Source of the DNA: Candidatus Woesearchaeota archaeon
GTDB lineage: Archaea; Nanobdellota; Nanobdellia; Woesearchaeales; GW2011-AR9
NCBI GenBank assembly: GCA_018696595.1
Contig: JABHQW010000003.1
Span: 241,907-305,906 of the forward strand
Length of the DNA: 64,000 bases
Direction of reading: 5' to 3'
Each line of letters starts with the position of its first letter. Position 1 is the stretch's first letter. The notes beneath the pieces were generated by a model. It did no database searches. It saw only the letters and a list, made by a program, of their open reading frames with translations, and was not told the DNA's origin. Positions 57,571-64,000 of the stretch are shown here, in pieces. The position numbers and the translations under genes are program-made.

Positions 57571-58536
57571 CTATTTACTAGGCAGGTATATCTCTTTGTA
57601 ATACTTCAAAACTCTAAAATAATTATAATCTCTAATTGCTCCCGGAAATTGAATTTTCATTTGATCAATAATTTCCTGAAACTGTTCAAAATTTTTAACT
57701 TCTAGATCAAACTCAAAATCAAACTCACTAATCGCTTTATCAACTTTAAGAATATTAGGATGAACCTGACAAAAACTAATTAATTTATTAATCACTTTCA
57801 AATCATCTAATTCCATATTAACACGATAACGATTATACCCTAACTTAGAAAACTCAATACTAACTCTTGTGCCGACAATTACTTTTTTACTAATCAATTG
57901 TTTAATCCGATAAATAATTGTCATACTACCCATTTTAGTCTTCAGAGCAATATCTTTAATGGGAGTTCTAGCATTCTTAGCCAACATTTTCAATATTTCT
58001 AAATCTAAATCATCAACTTTAACTTTCTCTGCTTCATAAATAACCCAATTCTTTTCACTAACATCTTTCTTTTCTTCTGTCAGATAAGCTCTTCTAAAAG
58101 AAATTTGTTCTGTAACTAAAGCAACATTATAATGTTTAACATGTTTTCTAAACTTTTCTAAAACTGTATTCCAAATTTTTTGAAAATCATCAACTTTCTC
58201 AACATAAAAACCAATTATCACGTCCCAATCTCCAACTACTCGAGCAACAAGGCCCGCTTCGGGCAACTCAATAAGATATTTTATTAATTCATCATCAACA
58301 TTAATATCTCGTTCATAAAAATCAACATAAACACGAAAAAAGAAGTAACCTAATTTAGATGCATTCACCAAAGTGTTATAACCTTTAACCAATTTCTCAT
58401 CTTCTAACCTTTTGATATTATAATTAACAACGTTCTTGCTAATCTTTAATTTCTTAGCAATTTGAATGTTGCTTTGCCGAGCATCTAAGTCTAATATCTT
58501 AAGAAGCTTCTGATCACGTTTGTTTAATTTAATCAT
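57571..58536 (-). CDS. Tandem Lrp/AsnC-family transcriptional regulator (two HTH-RAM modules)
   Basis: Two repeats of the Lrp pattern: LDxxDxxIL..L..NAR.....IAK..G.S...V..R...L...G.I.G. Confidence 0.7.
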   Translation of the reverse strand: MIKLNKRDQKLLKILDLDARQSNIQIAKKLKISKNVVNYNIKRLEDEKLVKGYNTLVNASKLGYFFFRVYVDFYERDINVDDELIKYLIELPEAGLVARVVGDWDVIIGFYVEKVDDFQKIWNTVLEKFRKHVKHYNVALVTEQISFRRAYLTEEKKDVSEKNWVIYEAEKVKVDDLDLEILKMLAKNARTPIKDIALKTKMGSMTIIYRIKQLISKKVIVGTRVSIEFSKLGYNRYRVNMELDDLKVINKLISFCQVHPNILKVDKAISEFDFEFDLEVKNFEQFQEIIDQMKIQFPGAIRDYNYFRVLKYYKEIYLPSK

Positions 58537-58561
58537 TATTATTAAGGTGAAATAAAGAGAA

Positions 58562-58584
58562 CTATATAAATATTCTTATTATGA
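58562..58584 (-). promoter_or_regulatory. Promoter block (TCATAATAAGAATATTTATATAG on coding strand) upstream of Lrp-tandem gene
   Basis: 22 of 23 nt identical to 60412..60434 upstream of the next gene. Contains TTTATATA TATA box ~30-35 nt from the ATG. Confidence 0.45.
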
Positions 58585-58603
58585 TTAAGAAAAAAGGAAA
58601 AAA

Positions 58604-60391
58604 TTAATAAATAAATAAACTTTCTGTATCTCCATTAATCTTACGATAGAAGCTATATCCATATCTAGAACCATAAGTCTTTGCATAACTCCCAAACTTT
58701 TTTCTTAGTTCTTCATCTTTTAATAATTTTGTAGGGAATAAGAAAAGATAAGCAAATGAATAATCTTTCTTCAATACTTGTTCTTTAATTATTGATTCTA
58801 AAACTGATAAAAGATGATTTAAATCCGTAGGTTTAATAAAAATATGAAGATTGGGGTCATCACCCTCAGAACAATTTAAAATAGAAAGCTTAAGCAAACT
58901 TTTAATTTGATTAAGACTAAAAAAACCAGGGAAATTATAAATCTGAATATCCAAACATTTATGAATTTTATGTTCTTTTTTACAAATTCCCGACATTGCA
59001 GTTAAAAAATTATAAGGTAAGAAATCATAACGAGGACCACAGGTTACACTCTTAATTGCTACGGGAAATTTGCCAACAAACCACTCTCCTAAGCCAATCA
59101 TTCTTTTAGAAATTTCTGATTGTAAAATCAACCCCTGTTTACTATTATAACCCCCGTGGGGTTTTCGACCATTTCGGTTTATATGTTGAAAATTATCCCC
59201 TCTATATGCATGAGATTCCACAAAAGAGATTTCAGCATCATCAAAACTATTAACAAATTTATTAAATCCCTCCTCAGCAATTATTTTACTTCCTCCACAG
59301 GATTCACTAATTTTTTCTTTATAATATAAAAGTTCATCTTCAATTTTTACTTTCTTTAAATGACTTAATAAATCAATTCCAGATAAAAATTTATCAAAAG
59401 CCTCTAAAATAGATCCAATATCTTCATAATATTCTTTTTCATGCTTAACAGCTTCGATGGGGTCATATTTTCTTTTCCAATCTTTTAATCCTTCAAGAAC
59501 AGGTTTAGAATTAAAATAACCAAAATAAACTACAAACCCTTCTTTATTTTCAGATAACCTAACGTAAGGGATTATACTTATTGCAAATTCTGCAAAATGA
59601 GTAGAGGGTTCTGAGTCGCCTTCCTTAAATAAACCAACGCTTAGTAATAACTTTTGTGATTTAGCAGCATGAAGATTTCGCAATACTAACTTTTTCATAA
59701 CGGTTTTTTGATCTTCTTCTATAATCTTTAATTTGTACTGGTAATAATCTGAAGTAACAGCACTTTTAATCTCTTTATTCTTTTTGTCAATAAAAGAATT
59801 TATTGCATCCATAATCTTATTTTTATTGTCCACAATATACATCCCTGCAAGTTTTTTGTGAATTGTTTCACGATCTTCCATAAATTCTTTAATATCTAAT
59901 ACATGAATTAAATGTTGTAAAGCAGCATTTAATCCCCTTATTTTTGTCATGATTTCCGAGAATTCATCTTTTACAGAATCTTGTTTTAATTTTTTCTTAA
60001 ATTGACCAAAGTATCTTGAAAAATTCTTAATATAAACATCTTCAAATAGAATAACAACTTGTTCTTGTGCTTTTTTTATATCTTGATTCATTTCTGGATA
60101 ATGTGTTTTAATATCTTCTTCTAACTCTTCTATATATTTAACTTCTTTTTTTTCTTTCCGATTAATACTAGGGCTCCATCGCCCAATATTTTTAATTGAT
60201 TGCCCGACAGAATCAGAATCGCCTTTTTCCAAACCGCTTTCAATATTTAAAAAATAACGATATACCCCTTCAAGAGAATTAAACAAAAGTTGAACTTTTT
60301 TTTTAGTTTTTTTGAGCTCAGATTTTAAACCATCAATAGTTCTTTTTTCTTTTTTAGCAACATATCTTTTTAATTGGATCATATCAAACAC
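58604..60391 (-). CDS. Large hypothetical protein (595 aa)
   Basis: Long coding ORF. Lys-rich helical N-terminal half, C-terminal half with several Cys/His. No recognisable motif. Confidence 0.45.
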   Translation of the reverse strand: MFDMIQLKRYVAKKEKRTIDGLKSELKKTKKKVQLLFNSLEGVYRYFLNIESGLEKGDSDSVGQSIKNIGRWSPSINRKEKKEVKYIEELEEDIKTHYPEMNQDIKKAQEQVVILFEDVYIKNFSRYFGQFKKKLKQDSVKDEFSEIMTKIRGLNAALQHLIHVLDIKEFMEDRETIHKKLAGMYIVDNKNKIMDAINSFIDKKNKEIKSAVTSDYYQYKLKIIEEDQKTVMKKLVLRNLHAAKSQKLLLSVGLFKEGDSEPSTHFAEFAISIIPYVRLSENKEGFVVYFGYFNSKPVLEGLKDWKRKYDPIEAVKHEKEYYEDIGSILEAFDKFLSGIDLLSHLKKVKIEDELLYYKEKISESCGGSKIIAEEGFNKFVNSFDDAEISFVESHAYRGDNFQHINRNGRKPHGGYNSKQGLILQSEISKRMIGLGEWFVGKFPVAIKSVTCGPRYDFLPYNFLTAMSGICKKEHKIHKCLDIQIYNFPGFFSLNQIKSLLKLSILNCSEGDDPNLHIFIKPTDLNHLLSVLESIIKEQVLKKDYSFAYLFLFPTKLLKDEELRKKFGSYAKTYGSRYGYSFYRKINGDTESLFIY

Positions 60392-60411
60392 CTCAAGAGA
60401 TAGTAATATAA

Positions 60412-60434
60412 AATAATAATACTATATAAATTTT
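60412..60434 (-). promoter_or_regulatory. Promoter block (TCATAATAAGAAAATTTATATAG), paralogous to 58562..58584
   Basis: Same motif, same spacing to start codon of 58604..60391. Confidence 0.45.
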
Positions 60435-60621
60435 CTTATTATGAAACAACCCACTAAATTATTTCCCACATCACAAAATTAAAATTATTCTAAAAACCCA
60501 CCAAAATAAGAAACCCCAAAAGTTTTTCTTTATATCAAACTATTTCTGTACACAAGCTTTCATAAACCCAAACTATCGTCAATAAAATATTGTGGTGGTG
60601 CTGAATGTTTGGAGATAAAAA

Positions 60622-61287
60622 ATGGAATACATTGGAAAAATGAAAAATGTTTTGGTTGCTGGATTAGCAGCATTAGTTTTAGGATCTTCTGGTGGATGTG
60701 CAGCAGAGAATAACATTCCAGTTGGATTAAGGAACCAAGGTGATATTACAGTTGATGCAAAAATGGCAATATATCTCCATAAGAAAGGAAGAGCATATCA
60801 GCCAATAGATGAAATTTGTAACAATAAGGGAGAAAAATATATTTTTGAAGATGGAGAATGGACAGATACAAAAGAATCATGCCCTGATAAAGGCAGATCA
60901 ACAGGTCCTGGTGACATTAATAGAATACTTGAGAAGGTTCCTGCAACAAAATCTCAATTGCCAAAGATAAAAATTTACCAAAGAGGAAAACTGGTCAAAC
61001 AAACTAAAGGCAATACCATGGAAGAATTTGAGTATAACACTGAAGAAAGAACCATCACTAGAAAAGTTACTGACTATGATAAAGACAGTGTTAACGAAGA
61101 GACATGTTATTTTGGTAAAGGATTTAGTGTAGTTAAATGTGGCAAAGAAACAAAGGATGCTGAGGGGCAAGTTGTGGAAACATATGAAGATTGGGAATCA
61201 GAACCGCTAGTTTTTGGTGGATGGAATAGTTGGCTAAGAGAATTATGGCATGAACGTAAATCAGGAGTACACGACCTTCTTCAATAA
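60622..61287 (+). CDS. Putative secreted lipoprotein
   Basis: Signal with LVLGSSGGC lipobox-like cleavage site. 221 aa. Confidence 0.4.
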   Translation: MEYIGKMKNVLVAGLAALVLGSSGGCAAENNIPVGLRNQGDITVDAKMAIYLHKKGRAYQPIDEICNNKGEKYIFEDGEWTDTKESCPDKGRSTGPGDINRILEKVPATKSQLPKIKIYQRGKLVKQTKGNTMEEFEYNTEERTITRKVTDYDKDSVNEETCYFGKGFSVVKCGKETKDAEGQVVETYEDWESEPLVFGGWNSWLRELWHERKSGVHDLLQ

Positions 61288-61295
61288 AATAAGAT

Positions 61296-62591
61296 TTATT
61301 TTTTTCTTTTAATCTCTTTAATCCCGCCCATGTACGGCCAAAGCGCTTTAGGAATCTTTACTGTTCCTTTCGCTGTCTGAAAATTCTCAAGAATAGCGGC
61401 TATCGGCCTAGTATCAGTAAGAGCAGTATTATTCAACAGATGCACATACTGTTTAGTTCCATCTTTCCGCTTAACCCGAGTATTCAAAGTCACCGCCTGA
61501 TAATCTAAACAATTACTGCAAGAAGTTACTTCCCGATAAGTTCCTTTCTTCCCATTCTGTCCAGGGAACCATGCTTCAATATCATTTTGTAAAGATTGTT
61601 TGTTACCAATATCACCAGTACAAATATTAACAACTCTAAATGGAAGTCCTAATTCTTTAAACAAACCTTCTGAGTTTGCTTGTAACATGTCAAAATACAT
61701 TTTAGATTCTTCTGGAAGACAATAAATTATCTGTTCAACTTTATTAAATTGATGAACTCTAAATATTCCTTTATCATCTCGACCATGAGTTCCTAATTCT
61801 TTTCTAAAACAAGCACTCACCCCACAAATTTGAATTGGTAAATCTTTCTCATTCAACAATTCATCTTTTTTTAATGCAATCAATGGATGTTCAGAAGTTG
61901 CAATCAAATACAAATCTTCTCCTTCAATTTTGTAGATGGTATCCTCAAATTCAGATAAGTTTACACCGCCTTCTAAAGCACCCCTATTTAACATAAACGG
62001 AGTTTGAATTAAAGTATAACCTTTCTCTCGCATTTTGTCAATCGCAAATCTTTGTAAAGCTTGACTTAACAACACCGCCTCATTTTTCAAATAATAAAAT
62101 CTCGCTCCAGAAACTTTTGCAGCGGTATCCAAATCAATTAAATCTAATTCTTCAGCAAGTTCAATATGATCTTTGATAGGAAAATCAAATTTAAGAATTT
62201 TTCCCCATTTACGTAATTCAACATTCTCAGAATCATCTTTACCCTTAGGAACAGATTCATGAAGAACATTACCAATTAATTTCAAAGTATCGTTTCTTTT
62301 CTTCAATAATTTGTTAACCTTCTCCTCAGATTTCTTAAGATCTTCAACAACAGATTTCATTTCTTTAATTTTCTTTTTTGCTTCAGATTCTTTTTTATTT
62401 TTCTTAGCTTGATTAATTTCTTGAGAAACAACATTTCTTGTATGTTTTAACTGTTCCATTACTTTAAGTTGTTTTCTCCATTGTAAATCTGATTTAAGAA
62501 CTTCATCAACTAATTTAGGATCATGGTCACGTTTCTTTTCAGATTTCCTAACCAAGTCAGGATTTTCCCTTACAAAGTTTATATCTAACAT
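61296..62591 (-). CDS. serS: Seryl-tRNA synthetase
   Basis: N-terminal coiled-coil arm. Class II motifs 2/3 (FRKELGTHGRDDKGIFRVHQFNKVEQ, GTYREVTSCSNCLDYQA). Confidence 0.9.
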   Translation of the reverse strand: MLDINFVRENPDLVRKSEKKRDHDPKLVDEVLKSDLQWRKQLKVMEQLKHTRNVVSQEINQAKKNKKESEAKKKIKEMKSVVEDLKKSEEKVNKLLKKRNDTLKLIGNVLHESVPKGKDDSENVELRKWGKILKFDFPIKDHIELAEELDLIDLDTAAKVSGARFYYLKNEAVLLSQALQRFAIDKMREKGYTLIQTPFMLNRGALEGGVNLSEFEDTIYKIEGEDLYLIATSEHPLIALKKDELLNEKDLPIQICGVSACFRKELGTHGRDDKGIFRVHQFNKVEQIIYCLPEESKMYFDMLQANSEGLFKELGLPFRVVNICTGDIGNKQSLQNDIEAWFPGQNGKKGTYREVTSCSNCLDYQAVTLNTRVKRKDGTKQYVHLLNNTALTDTRPIAAILENFQTAKGTVKIPKALWPYMGGIKEIKRKK

Positions 62592-62694
62592 TTTGAAATG
62601 AGTAATTTAATGAGCTATATAAACTTTATCTTAACATTTCTCCAAACGAAATATATATAAATAACAAAGTAATCATTTTACTTACAAAAGAGGA

Positions 62695-64000
62695 TGAAAT
62701 ATAAAAGTGTTTTACTATTGATAGTTATTTCTTTAGCTCTAGCTTCTTTTACAATTGCAGAAGAGTTTCCGGGCCTAGGTTGTATAACAGATTTAGATTG
62801 TCAAGAAGTCGAAGACATTATTGGAGAAGGCGCTTACTGTAATCCATTAACAGAAGAATGCGCCACACCAGATGGATCAGTTGAAGAGTTGCCGTTTGAG
62901 GAAGATTCTTTATTTGAAGAACCACTAGTTTTAGAAAACAATTCAGAAACAACCCAAACAGTTAGTTCGGGCCAATTAGAAACTGAAATAACAGTCTTAC
63001 AAAAAAAAGTAGATTCTTTGGAAGGAGAGAAAGGAGATTTACAACAACAATTAAACTCAATCAATTCTAACTTACAATCATTATCGAACCAATTAGAAGA
63101 TATCAAGGAAGTTAAAACAGAATTAAATAGTATTTCTACTGGGCTAGCTACTTTACAAGAAGAGCTGGATCAAACTACAACAGAATTAGGAACAATTGAA
63201 GAGGATATAAAGAAAAAGGAAACAAGAAATAAGACTTTAATAATTATCTTCTTTGTATTATTAGCAATCGCTGCCGCATTAGCAATGGTTTATTACATTA
63301 CCAGACAAAGATCCACAAAGAAAGTAGACCCAAAAATAGTTGATTACATTACTAAACAAATCAAAAAAGGGAAAAAGTACCCACACATTAAAAACCTACT
63401 AAAGAAAGCAGGTTGGGCCGAAGAAGAAATTAAATTAGCATATAAAAAAACTATTAAGGACAATTATAAAAAATATTTATCAAGAACAGGAACAGTTGCA
63501 AGAGTAAAAAACACAAAGGTAACTTCTCAAAAAGATTACGATAAAAAGAAAATGTTCGCAATTATTGGAGTTAGTGTTTTATTATTAGCAGGAGTTTTAT
63601 TAATTCTTAACGGCACTGTAGGGGAAGCAGTTTATTTTGAAAAATTAGTGGGAGGAGTTGAAGGAGGCACAAATGGAAAAGTAACTTATAAAGTTGAATG
63701 TACCTCGCCCCATTTATTGAACCCTACTGAAGATGGTTGTTGTTTAGACATTAATGCTAATGAAGTTTGTGACTACATTGAAGCAAAAGAAGCAAGCCTT
63801 GAACAAACATCAGGAACTTGTCATGATAATTTACAATGTGCACCAGGAGAGTATTGCATCAATACTAAATGTACAGAATTAACTGAATTTTATAACAATC
63901 AGGAATGTGAACAAACTTGTAACTTTTACGGATTAAAAGTATCAGCAACAACTTATATTAGAGATGAAAGTTATCTTTCTTGTGCAGAACTAAATTATGA
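62695..64000 (+). CDS. Surface/membrane protein, partial (continues past window end)
   Basis: Not in ORF track (no stop in window). Signal peptide MKYKSVLLLIVISLALASFT, Cys pairs, coiled-coil, TM, cytoplasmic segment KNLLKKAGWAEEEIKLAY homologous to the GWPEKEV tail of 44848..46245, second TM, and Cys-rich ectodomain. Makes the minus-strand ORF 62834..63106 spurious. Confidence 0.5.

Noticed and set aside
62834-63106. 90-aa minus-strand ORF
   Set aside because: Completely covered by a longer plus-strand ORF (62695 to window end) that has a signal peptide, TM segments and homology to another surface protein in the window.
1-64000. CRISPR arrays, rRNA genes, integrases/transposases
   Set aside because: No direct-repeat/spacer periodicity, no rRNA-like conserved blocks, and no recombinase, DDE or HUH motifs were seen in any frame. 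The one RSHY/HY-containing protein fits topoisomerase IB, not a tyrosine recombinase.

Overview
AT-rich (about one-third GC) archaeal chromosomal segment, densely coded on both strands. The gene content suggests a DPANN- or Thaumarchaeota-like organism.

Housekeeping core:
- Spt4 and RpoE'
- TFS
- GatE
- ATP-dependent DNA ligase
- Orc1/Cdc6
- FtsZ
- MinD/ParA
- ribosomal protein S6e
- triosephosphate isomerase
- SerRS
- IscS-IscU
- FKBP

Accessory content:
- N-glycosylation-rich surface proteins
- a type IV pilin / prepilin-peptidase cluster
- two bacterial-type cell-wall hydrolase-like genes
- a eukaryote/poxvirus-type topoisomerase IB

No rRNA or CRISPR array is present. Three tRNA genes are visible, all with non-canonical introns (a T-loop intron with a shared 3' segment; two also carry an anticodon-loop intron).

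Most unusual:
- a three-copy intergenic structured element with a conserved core (GCCAATGGAGGCRCAT ... GYGCCGYGC), different but always self-complementary flanking stems, and a compensatory A-to-G / T-to-C change in the inner stem
- a seven-gene operon of small unknown proteins with a stereotyped initiation cassette
- an HTH regulator with a Cys-rich tail plus a small Cys-rich peptide ORF upstream of iscS
- two adjacent genes sharing a 23-nt promoter block

All functional calls come from motif recognition by eye; no database search was possible.
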